Source of the DNA: Octopus sinensis
Taxonomy: Eukaryota
Direction of reading: 5' to 3'
DNA: 64,000 bases
Assembly (NCBI RefSeq): GCF_006345805.1
Contig: NC_043000.1
Span: 164,734,001-164,798,000 of the forward strand
Shown: positions 11,493 through 23,474 of the stretch, piece by piece
Numbering within the stretch: the first letter of the stretch is position 1
How the letters are laid out: each line of letters opens with the position of its first letter
Program-made: the position numbers and the translations under genes
Notes under the pieces: generated by a model
The model's input: the letters and a program-made list of their open reading frames with translations, nothing else
What the model was told of the DNA's origin: nothing
Databases searched by the model: none

Positions 11493-13345
11493 GTGGCATT
11501 TTCCAGTGTGACTCTATCACCACTCCCCTTTTGTCTAGCCTTAATACTTCTCTCGAAATTGCTCAATAACGTACAATACGGCTATAAAATGTTTGATAAA
11601 AATATAAATCATCTCATTTATCTGAATGATTTAAAGCTCTTCACCAAAAATGACCAACAACTACAGGGCTTACTAGCGATTATTAAACAATTAAGTGATG
11701 ACATCAGCATGCAATTTGGCCTCAATAAATGTGCAAACGCTACCTTTATCAAAGGAAAAATGACAGAAACATCAAACGTAAATCTTGACCAGCAGAATGT
11801 CATAAAAGAGTTAGAACCAGAGGGGAGCTACAAATACCTAGGGGTATTTGAAGGTGATGGAATTAAACATTCAGTGATACAGGAAAGTATCAGAAGAGAA
11901 TGTTTTCGAAGGGTAAAGGCAATACTCAAGACATAGTCAAATGCAAGAAACAGGATCGAAGAGATCAATACTTTCGCCATACCAGTCGTGATTTACAGTT
12001 TCAATATCATTAACTGGTCAATTACCGAAATATGTAATCTTGACAGAAAAATACGAAAATTGTTGACAATGCATAGAATGCCCCCCCCCCCCAAGGCAGA
12101 TATAGAACGTCTTTACTTGCCAAGAAAAGAGGGTAGCCGTTGACGTTTACAGCTGGAATTCACAATGAAGATTGCCACAATTGGCCTAGACACCTACCTC
12201 AAAAATCACTGGATGTTAAAACTTGTCTTAAAGCATGAAAGCATCATATTCAGTAACAAAACAGGCAAAGGAATACCTAAGTGAATTCCAAATACAGCAA
12301 ATCCCAGAATTAGACGTACTGGAAACAAGCTCAGTAAAAGCTAAGCACATGAAAACCCGAGCTAAAACTGCTGCCTTAGATATTCTTACTGATAAATGAC
12401 AAGAAAAACCCCTCAATGGCAAATACTCGAAGAGAGCTAATAGTGCCGATGTTGAGAAAGCCCTTACTCGTCAATAGTTAGTGTCTTCTGGCTTACAATC
12501 AGAAACAGAAGGGTTTATCGTAGAAGCCCAAGATCAATGCCTACCTACAAGGAACTACCAGGCCAACATATTAAAGAACGGCAGTAGCTCAACATGTCGT
12601 GTATGTAAGCAACAAAATGAAACCATTGATCATGTTGCCTCCATGTGCATTCTTGCACCTACAGAGCATCTCAACAGGCATGATAGAGCAGTACAATATA
12701 TTCACTGGATAATTTGCAAAAGCCTGGACCTGCCCCATGATAAAAACTGGTAGGAATACAAACCACCTCCAGTGCTTGAAAATAATTACATCTCACTCTT
12801 CTGGCACTTCACTGTTCAAACTGACAGATAGATGCGAATAGGCCAGACATTATACTGAAAGACTTCAGACAAAAATCATACCTCCTCACTGATATGACTG
12901 TCCCAATCGACATAAATGTATCTGTCAAGACCTAACAAAAACTGAGCAAGTACAAAGATCTTGAAATAGAAACTGGCAAAATGTGGAACCTCAAGACTAA
13001 AGCAATACCTGTTGTCATAGATGCCCTAGGAAAGATAGCAAAAGGGGCTGATTCCGATCTAGCTCAGATACCAGGAAACTCCACCATGGTAGACATTCAA
13101 AAGATAGTGCTCACGGGAATTGCCCACATCCTACGTAAAATTCTGTCTATGTAATCTCAAATTTTAAAACAAACATAATTTTCTTATGTTTTCTTAAACA
13201 TTCTCTAGAACAATACTATGTGCAAAACCAAATATATGACACCCTAGGTATAACATCAGCATGAACTTCTAACTTGTTGTCTCTTGAGGTCTCTGGGTGA
13301 GACTTGGAGTCAACTTGTACAAATAAAAAGCAAAAGACAAACATA
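11493..13345 (+). mobile_element. R4/Dong-type RLE LINE, family A, 5'-truncated and decayed
   Basis: YLNDLKLF, ETEGFIVEAQDQCLPTRNY, CRVC..ETIDH..C zinc finger, RPD region; 3' end gcaaaagacaaacat followed by (AAT)/(GAT)n. Confidence 0.85.
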
Positions 13346-13348
13346 ATA

Positions 13349-13389
<41 letters not shown>

Positions 13390-13883
13390 AATTTCTTTAT
13401 TAACCACAGAGGTTTACATTAAGAAAAGCATTATGGACAGCACACGACAAAACAAAATAATGCGTGTATGTGTGAGTGTGTGTTGTGAGGGTTTTGCGTG
13501 TAAACAAGACTAACAACATTTTAAAAATCAACAATGTGTGATTCTTAGTATAAAGATGATGATGATAATTATAATGATCTCAAATTTTGCCACAAGGCTA
13601 GTAATTTTGTGTGAAGGACGTTAGTTGATTCTATTGACCTCAGTACTTTACTGGTACTTTATTATATCGATCCCGAACGGTTGAAATGCTAAGATGATGC
13701 TGTCGGGTTTTCGACTCAAAATGTAAATACCGTAAGACATCTTTTTACGTTGTCCTCCCAATTCTGCTAATTAATCATAGTAACGATGGTTTCTAACTAA
13801 GGCGCTATATTTAAGGATATGGGTCTGTGAGTTAGCTTCACTAATCAACATTGGAAAATTATTAATACCTATATTATCGAAAC

Positions 13884-13939
<56 letters not shown>

Positions 13940-16230
13940 TAATTAATTCGTTTATTGGCCACAAGGGCTAACAAAAATCAATTAAAACATAAAGGAACAA
14001 AACACTGGACGAAAGTTACAAAGGGTTTTGTCCGTTTGAAAAAAGTCCGTATACAAAAGCAGGATAACAACAAAATATAAGTAACAATTAAAACTGCCAA
14101 TAGTAATAATAATAATTGGTGTGTTGGGAACAGTAAACCAAGATATAGACAACTGGCCGAAGATTGAAATAGAATGCCCTGTAGGGCTCCTACAGAATTT
14201 GCCTCTTAAGGACAGCAAGTATTATCAGGCGGGTTCTAAGCACTTGAAAGACTGCCGAAAGCGTGTGGATACCTAAGTTTACAAGTAGTAACCCGCTACC
14301 TATATAAATTTTACCAGGGATAAGACCAAACCTAAGCTGTGTTTCAATAATAATCTTTTCTACTAAGGGCTACTAAGGGCCTAAAATTTTTGTGGGGAGG
14401 GGACTTGTCAATTACACCGACCCCAGCGTTTCATTCTTACCTAATTTATCTACCTCGAAAAGATGAAAGGCAAAGTCGACCTCGGCGGAACTTAAAAACA
14501 ATAATAATACGGGCCACATTTACAAGGTCGTGCGCTGTTTATCTTGATATAAGGGCATCATGTTGCCCAAATGTGGTTGTGATGGAAATTTCAGTCGGGT
14601 AGTCACGATGAGTATCATGGATTTCATATATTTGTACCCCAGAAATATTTTAGTGGCGTGTGCTGCACTCTCACATACTAATAAAACTGATATCTCGTAT
14701 ATATTCAATACTTTCTAGCTTAATGAATATTTTCGAGAAAAAGAGGAAAGAAAATTAGTACTCACCTGTACAGGTTTGTGTTCGAAAAAAGTATAATCGA
14801 ATGAAAGGTGTATATATGACCGAGGAAAGGGTATAAAGAAACAGAGAAAAAAAAAAGAAATATAAAGAATGTGGTTATATGTGAAAACATTGGGAAAATC
14901 CGGTAACATTATTTCAAAGCAAATGATTGGCTGGCTTCAATTGAAAACAGCCACTATAACTATTTGCACAACCAACGCCGTTACCGACAGCAATGTTTAC
15001 AAAGTCTCACCACCACCGCTACTAAAAGTAATAACGCCAAATAAAGGTAATATCGCCACCACCGATGCTCGACTTTCAAAAAACAGTAACCAAATTCCCA
15101 CTAAGTATATGCCCTATAACAGCGGTTTCCAACTTGGAGTAGGCGGATCCCTTGGGTTCTGTAAAGGTAATATTGGAAGGTCCTTTAGTTGACTTCAAAA
15201 TTAGTTGAGTAGACTGACCTTAGGCCCATGGGACAATTCATTTTAATAAAAGGGTCCCTTCTGCGGATCCTATTCTTGAAATACTGGGCACCACTGCGGC
15301 ATTGTCTTAACTGGTAAATGTAGTCCTACGTAATTCTAAAAAAAAGAGCGGGCACTAAAAAATGAATATCTTTGACCATAAGTTTACTCAATTAGGTTCT
15401 AAACTAGGCCTTAACACGTCTAAAGGTTTCTTATCCCCCCCACCCAATATTAACGCCATCAGCAACAACAAAAACAGCAGCAATGTAGGACAAAGAGAAA
15501 TGACTATCTAGAAATAGTAGCTAACCATACAAATCTTAAAAAGAACGGATACATTGGATAATGTCTTGAATATACTTTATCTGGAAAAAAATTAAAAGAC
15601 AGGACAGTCATGGCTAGATTATCTGTGGTAATGGGTCTGTTTGATTCGAGCCAACTTGAGTTTAAACATCACCTACAGCTTTACATCAAAGTCTCACAAA
15701 CCAAATAGGAAGCCTATATACGTCGCTTGACCTGCTAAAGTAGTAACCAAATCTCCCTCAAATCGTACCCTCACTGTCTTAAATAAAGATACTCTTATCC
15801 TAAATACAAATCCCCCCCCCTACCAAAAATAAATGTATGGTCATAGCTAAAACGTCTTTGATCAGTTCTGCTTAATAGGAACTGGCCTAGGGTTAAATTA
15901 CGACTTCTGTAAAAGAAAAATTACTACTAGAGACCCAACTGCCCATGCCAACACCGCCACAACTTTTCTCAATCAAAACACATTATTAATGCAGCCACTC
16001 CTTTATCACCTTTTCACACCACCACCACCACCACCACCACCACCACTGTCCCGTAACTACCACCATCATTCCAACAACCTGTCGCACGTACACAAATATG
16101 CTCGACTAGTTATTGTGGAAGTGCAGACATTTGACAGCAGTGGAGAGCAATAAAAATATGCTATTATGATTATTTAACAAAGTATGTATGTAAGTATGTA
16201 TGTATGTATGTATGTATGTATGTATGTATG

Positions 16231-16261
<31 letters not shown>

Positions 16262-16609
16262 GTATGTATGTATGTATTACTAATCGAACTGGTTGTTTTG
16301 TCCTTCTGCCCTAACCAGGAGGAGCAGGTATGTATTATGATAAACCAAAGAAGTCTCTAAGTGGTTGTAATGAGGGCGAGGAGATATTGGGGGAAAAGGT
16401 TACTGATGACACTGTAGTTGAGCATGAGAGTACAAGGCAGCTTTAGTCAATTCTCTGGGCAATCGTTTGAGTGTAGGGTTGAGGCCAACGCCTCAAATCC
16501 GGATCTAATTTTGACATATCTATAAATAACATTTGACAAAACAAAATTTTCATGAATGAAGCTTGAAAATACTAAAATTATTTTCTGCGTTCTTTTCGCC
16601 TATGAAATG

Positions 16610-17075
16610 AAAGGGGCATCAAACTTGACCCCAAAGTACAGGTCTATAAAGAAGCCATTCTTACTACTCTCTTGTATGGCTCAGAATCGTGGATACCCTA
16701 TAGACGACTCATTAACCAACTAGACATCTTCCACAAAGACTGTCTGAGGACAATCTCCGGTTGTTCACTAAAAAACAGTTTCGAATGCCGATTTTTTTAG
16801 CAAGTGTAAGATTGGTGGAATTGAGAGCTTCCTTATACAATCACAATTGCGCTGGGCTGGCCATGTCGTCAGAATGAGTGACGAAAGAATACCCAAAGTC
16901 CTCATGTACAGCCAGCTCAATAGTGGGCACAGGAATGTTGGTCGACCATAGCTCAGATATAAGGACAAGCTGAAGAGTAACCTCTTAGAGCTGGAGATAG
17001 CTTACAACACCTTTGAGTGAACAGCCTTTGAACGAACAAAATGGAGATCGCTGTGTCAAAATGGTATTAAAACTT
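16610..17075 (+). mobile_element. RTE LINE 3' coding fragment
   Basis: Translates as KVQVYKEAILTTLLYGSESW... and QLRWAGHVVRMSDERIPK. Confidence 0.75.
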
Positions 17076-17976
17076 TGTTTCCCTAGATCTCAACTCATCC
17101 GCATATAAACCTTTCCATAAGCCTAATGAGAAATTTGCATATATACATAAACAGTCTTGTCACTCCCCTGTAATATTTAAAAACCTGATAGCTAATATTA
17201 GTAACAGAGTGTGTAAACTCTCTTGCCCGAAAGAAATTTTCGAGAAAACTGACTCCTATTATAACAATGCCTTAGCCAATAGGTGACTTCAAAGATAAAT
17301 TCATACATAATCCCTCTAATAATCATCATAATAATAATAATAGATCCAGTGGCATCGAAGATAAAGTAATATATAACCCCTCTTGTATTGATCAGAATAA
17401 GGATCTTTGTGGTTTTCGTCACTGTCTACAATTTTGTTCCAATTGTTTTCAAATTTGGTTTATCAATTAAGTTTTGTATACTAATTATCAAAATGAAATT
17501 CATTTCCCTTGTAAATCCGTGATGAAAAATTTATTAGCCTTCAAATTTACAAAATTTGGGTATTTTAGCAAATCAGAAGCGAATATTTTACATATCACCG
17601 TGGCAAAACTTTCTATTTCCATAGTAACTAAAGCAAAGAAGCACAACGTGTTGCATAGCTGATTACGAAGAACAGTTTCCATAGTAACCAAAGATGCTGC
17701 GCATGCTCACAAGGAGGAGAAGGAGATACGAGGATAATTTATTTTATAAAATCCTAGTTTAATGTTTTGACATGTCGATGCACCCCCACACCCCCATCCA
17801 CCCCCGATGATAGAAGAGGCAGCGAACTTACAGTTTTCTGATTGGCTGAAAATTCTGAAAATTATCAAAGTTTGAATACCTGCAAGATTTTTGTAAAATT
17901 TTTCTAAAATAAATGAATAACAAATTCGGATTCAGCGTCAAAAATAACATCTATATGATACATCAATTTTTTTAAG

Positions 17977-18138
17977 GAGTGGTTGTGTGGTAAGTAGCTT
18001 GCTTACGAACCACATGGTTCCGGGTTCAATCCCACTGCGTGGCAACTTGAGCAAGTGTCTTCTACTATAGCCTCGGGCCGACCAAAGCCTTGTGAGTGGA
18101 TTTGGTAGACGGAAACTGAAAGAAGCCCGTCGTATATA

Positions 18139-18171
<33 letters not shown>

Positions 18172-18520
18172 GTAAACGTTAAAAAAACACAAATTGGGAC
18201 AAGAACGTGAAACATCCAGAAGACGACAGAAAAAACGCACAGACGGGACCTTCGAAGCTCTCAGTCATCAGTCAAGAACCAGATCATCCTCGCAACCTCG
18301 GCCGATTAAGTGTATATGTTTGTGTGTCTGTGTTTGTCCTCCCAATATTGCTTGAGAACTATGCTGGTGTGTTTACGTCCCCGTAACATAGCGGTTCGGC
18401 AAAAAGAAACCGATAGAATAAGTACTAGGCGTAGAAAGAATAAGTCCTGGGGTCGATTTGCTCGACTAAAGGCTCCAGCATGGCCACAGTCACATGACTG
18501 AAAAAAGTAAAAGAGTAACA
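17977..18520 (+). mobile_element. tRNA-derived SINE with an unrelated ~130-bp insert
   Basis: A/B-box head ggagtggttgtgtggt...ggttccgggttcaatccc; related pieces at 19920-20050, 22858-23015, 30298-30680, 42205-42420. Confidence 0.8.
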
Positions 18521-18559
18521 GAGAATAATTGTAAGCAGTGACGAAAACTTCAAAGATCC

Positions 18560-18560
18560 C

Positions 18561-18613
<53 letters not shown>

Positions 18614-18666
18614 TATAATAATAATAATAATATAATAATAATAATAATAATTATAATAATAATAAT

Positions 18667-18720
<54 letters not shown>

Positions 18721-18921
18721 CTAATAATAAAATATAATAATAATTATAATAATATAATAATACATAATAATAATAATAATAATAATAATCATTATAATAA
18801 TAATAATTATAATAATAATAATAATAATATAATAATAATATAATAATAATAATAATTATAAGAATAATAATAATAATAATAATATTATAATAATAATAAT
18901 AATCTAATAATAATAATAATC

Positions 18922-18953
<32 letters not shown>

Positions 18954-19040
18954 TAATAATAATATAATAATTATAATAATAATAATAATATAATAATATA
19001 ATAATAATAATAATATAATAATAATAATAATAATAATAAT
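18560..19040. repeat. Long degenerate (TAA)n microsatellite followed by (GAA)n
   Basis: Directly visible. Confidence 0.95.
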
Positions 19041-19084
19041 GAAGAAAGAAGAAGAAGAAGAGAAGAAGAAGAAGAAGAAGAGAA

Positions 19085-19700
19085 CTAAGAAGAGGCCAAA
19101 GAAAATTATTTGGTTCGCTCCTTCCTTTTCTCTTAATATAAAAACTAGCTTAGGTAAATTCCTGTCTCTCCTAGACAAACACTTTCCAGCAACTCACGGA
19201 TACAGGAAAATATTTAATAGGCATTCTATGAAATTATCATATGGCTGCTGTCCCAATATGAAGAGCATCATTACACGTGGTCAATACCAAGAGCCTAAAT
19301 CCAGTTGCAACTGTGGCGACCCAGAATCCTGTCCACTTGACCAACGATGTACGATTAAATCTATCATATATGAGGTAGAAGTTACCGTCACTACAACAGA
19401 TAAGAAGACTTATATTGGATTATGTTATGGTGAACTTAAAAATCACTATGCCAATCACATAGCTTCTTTCTGACATAAAGACAAAAGTAAAACTACTAAG
19501 TTGGCTAGCTACGTATGATATTTGAAAGATAACGAAACATAACGAAAAGTAATTGGGAAATCCATACCTATGTTAATGGATAGAATCTTTGAAGTCACTA
19601 TTGGCTAAGGCATTGTTATAATAGGGGGCAGATTTCTCAAAAATTGTTAAGCGAAAAGAACGCAGATCCTGTTCATATGTAAGGTCCCCAACTCTCTACT
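19085..19700 (+). mobile_element. PLE fragment: RT thumb/linker and GIY-YIG endonuclease
   Basis: KIIWFAPSFS, LDKHFP, CNCGDPESCPLDQRC, IIYEVEV...TYIGLC. Confidence 0.8.
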
Positions 19701-20141
19701 GAACTACAGGTCTGAAATTTACAAATATGTATAAATATACTTCCTCGTATATTGAGGAGTTAGAAATTCCGCCTATTCCTGACTGACTTGTTGATATCTT
19801 TCCAGCCCTATAATTTAAGGTCTAAGAAGGATAGCGCTTTTCCTTTATTTTTACTTTTTACTTTCTACATTTTAGTTTTCGTATTTTCGTTTTCCGTTTT
19901 CTACTTTCTGCGTTTTCTATATGATCAACCAAATGAGATCGGGTTCAGTCCCACTGTCTGGCGCTTTGGGCGAGTGTCTTCTACTATAGCCCCGAGCCGA
20001 CAAATGCTTTGTGAGTGAATTTGGTAGAAAGAAACTAAGAAAAGCCCGTCGTGTATGTATGTATGTATGTATGTATGTATGTATGTATGTATGTATGTAT
20101 GTATGTATGTATGCATGCATGTACGTGCGTGTGTGTGTGTA

Positions 20142-20199
<58 letters not shown>

Positions 20200-20214
<15 letters not shown>

Positions 20215-20728
20215 ATTTAGGAATGGTCATTTTGCCAGTTTAGCCAATAAAAACACACGCACTATATATTTGGTGTTACTTTGCTTCAGTGTTATTTATT
20301 TTTTACATTAATCTTAATCTTATTTCGGCCAGAGTTCTTTCGTCACACTCCTGTGACCGCATCAGTGGTCCTTTGTTTTCTTCTCACTTATTTGTGTCTC
20401 TCCTTACTAACCGTCAGCCATTTTGTATTTCTATTGTATGTTTTCATTTGTGCATGCTTATATCTCTATGTGCGTTTATGTTTATTTAGTGTGTGTATGT
20501 GGGGGATGCCTGTAATATTTGTATCTTCTGTTTATATATGTTCATGTAATTTGTAATTTTATATGTTCATGTGTTTACATCCACCCATTATTATCATTAC
20601 ATATGCTTGTATGTATGTATGTATGTATGTACGTATAACAACAATACTAGTAATAATAATAATAAATTGAATCGAAAAAAAAATATTTATATATATATAT
20701 ACATATATACATATACATATACATATAT

Positions 20729-20812
<84 letters not shown>

Positions 20813-22434
20813 GTTATTTATTTCTATTAGTTTATTTATTTATCTGTGTATTTATTATGTTTTCAGGATCCTCTATCGTCATATGTTGTGGTGTGTGTTA
20901 GTGCTCCATTCTAGTTTTCTATTCAGGCTAGGTTTATTTTCTATTATGTGTGTAGCTTCTGTAATTTGTCTAATTGTTGCATCTGATCTATGTGTGGATA
21001 ATATTTTAATTTCTATGTTATTGATTGATCCCCCGTGTTCTTGTTCGGCGTGTTGGTACAGAATCGATGAGCTTTTACCTTCCTTGAGTTGTCTCCAATG
21101 CACATTTACCCGCTCTCCTATGCTTCTTGCCGTTTCCCCTACGTATGTCGTTGTCTTGTTACTGCATCGTCCCTCTATACATCTTATACTATAGACTACA
21201 TTTCTGGCTTTACAGTTTGTTTGTGGGCTAAATCTACATACAGTACTGTACTTATCCGTACAGGGGGTTCTACTAAAAGGGTAGGTTCTACCAATTATAG
21301 ATTTGATAGGGTTGCCTGGCTTTTCAACAACCTTAATTCTTAGCTTAAGTTTGTCTAGGGTCCTTCTAAAGCGATACGCCAGTTCACCTCCAGGGGTGGT
21401 GTCAACGAACATGACACTCTGGTATTTATGGCTATCATACCAAGAGTTGGCCTTCCTATTTTCTTTTTTGTCCTTTCTATAGTGTTCCATGACTTGTTCC
21501 TATAGAGTGGGCAAATACCATTCCTATTATTACATAATATATTATCAAATTTCTTAATGGCTCCTTTGTATACTCTGATCCTTTCTTTATGGCTGTAACC
21601 TGAGAACTGCATGCGGTGAATGAAATATTGTATGTGTCTCTTTAATTCTGTGGGCTCGCACATGCATGACACATTTCTCATTATTCTGACGAGGTCCGCC
21701 ATCAAAATATTGAATTTGGCATTGTCCGCAATGGCTGAGTTCCGGTGGATCAAGTATCTTGAGGCCATAGGTTTGGCATAGTATGAATGAAGGATTTGGG
21801 CTTTATTATTCACAATTTCTAGCCAGAGTTCAGTGTCTAGTACTGGTAGTCTATGGTTGGGGTGTTTAGTGGGGTAGTCTATTGTGACCTTAATACTCTG
21901 GTGGATGGAGTTAGCTATTTGCTGGATACTCTCCATAGTATTAGTTTCTATTACTATATCAACAGTACTCTCTTGTGGGGGTGCCTTTACCACTATGTTG
22001 ATATCATCAACATAGCGAGAGTACATGTTTACGAGTATGGAGTTCTGTGTTAGGCGTTCTTTAAGCCTTCTGTCCCACCATACCATGAAAAGGTTGGCCA
22101 CATCACCAGCGATACTAACGCCGATGGCTGCCCCCTCGTCCTGGGCATATATTTTATTATTAAACTTAAACGTGTGGCCTTTTAGGGTAATTATTATACT
22201 AGCTCCTAGTGCATGTGCGATCATTTTCTTTATCTGATGGACATTTGCGGGGCTCCGTATGGCTCTGGTCCATCCGCGCCATCTTTCTATATGTGTCTTC
22301 CTAGCCATAGAAGTAATTGTGGGCGGTCTACCTCTTAAACATCTACTGGGGCAGAAACTACTACGATTATGTTTATCTAAGTATTCAGTATTACATGTCA
22401 GTCTATATCTTGCACAACAAATATTTAAACGTAC

Positions 22435-22435
<1 letters not shown>
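20200..22435 (-). mobile_element. Penelope-like element, 5'-truncated: RT, GIY-YIG, 3' pseudo-LTR region
   Basis: ORF 21355-22485 (GAAIG, YSRYVDDI, LPVLD) and ORF 20879-21490 (VVYSIRC...YVGETAR); frameshift near 21480; HHR-like motif at 20329-20368. Confidence 0.9.
20329..20368 (-). ncRNA. Degenerate minimal hammerhead motif
   Basis: CCA-CTGATGC-G-GTCACA ggag TGTGAC-GAAA-GAACTC-TGG; A9 replaced by C. Confidence 0.5.
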
Positions 22436-22479
<44 letters not shown>

Positions 22480-22481
<2 letters not shown>

Positions 22482-22845
22482 ACAATTAAGGATAACTTCT
22501 TAATAAGGAATCTTAACAAGAAATTATCAGGTAGTTAGCGTGAAAAACCTCATAAGAGAAAAAATTCGAAAATAATTTTTTTCTTTTGAAAATATTAATT
22601 TATATTGTATAGAGGGCATTATTACACATAAATGCCTCACACTAAGAGGGACATAAGTCATTACTACCAAAATTTCACTAATCGTACCTAATGCAGTTTT
22701 CAAAGCAGGACATTTAAAAAATTCATTTTTTAAATGTCCTGCTTTGAAAACTGCATTAGGTACGATTAGTGAAATTTTGGTAGTAATGACTTATGTCCCT
22801 CTTAGTGTGAGGCATTTATGTGTAAAATGCCCTCTATACAATATA
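22480..22845. mobile_element. PLE-type terminal repeat with near-perfect fold-back (arms 22601-22721 and 22726-22845)
   Basis: Homologous to 39199-39458; 4-nt loop; flanked by (TA)n. Confidence 0.75.
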
Positions 22846-23378
22846 TATATACATCAATGTGTATGTCTGTGTTTGACAACCGGTGTTTGTTTATGTTCCC
22901 GTAATTTTGCAGTTCGGCAAAAGAAACTGATAGAATAAGTACCAAGCTTAGGAAATAAGTATTGGGTTCGGTTCGTTTCGGGCCGCAGTCCAATGACTGA
23001 AACAAGTAAAAATTAAAATCGAAGATCTCGTTGAATGGAGGAACGAAGAGAGAAACTTATCTTTCAACTGGAATCTAGACCTGAATACTAGCAACAGAAC
23101 TGACTCCACTGAAAACACACAAAATTCAGTAAGTGGTGTTAAACCAGGTAAAGGATTATAACAAGCAACAATATCTTTACTGTAGTTGGAGATATAATAT
23201 AAAAAAAATAGTAAAACAGCCGTCGTTAAGATCGATATTTTGGTGGTTAACTTCAACGAATCAACCAGAATTTCTTAAAAACTCAGCTAAGACAAAGAAT
23301 TCGGAGAATTTACATTAATTTCTATCAGTTATTTTGACGTATTCAAAATATATCAGTGTGTGCATGTGTTGAGTCTGC

Positions 23379-23474
<96 letters not shown>
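23379..23474. repeat. (CTAT)n microsatellite
   Basis: Directly visible. Confidence 0.95.

Noticed and set aside
15120-15298. hAT-like MITE
   Set aside because: TIR match is only partial and there is no 8-bp TSD
18235-18275. Minus-strand CTGATGA...GAA motif
   Set aside because: No convincing stem II or GAAA
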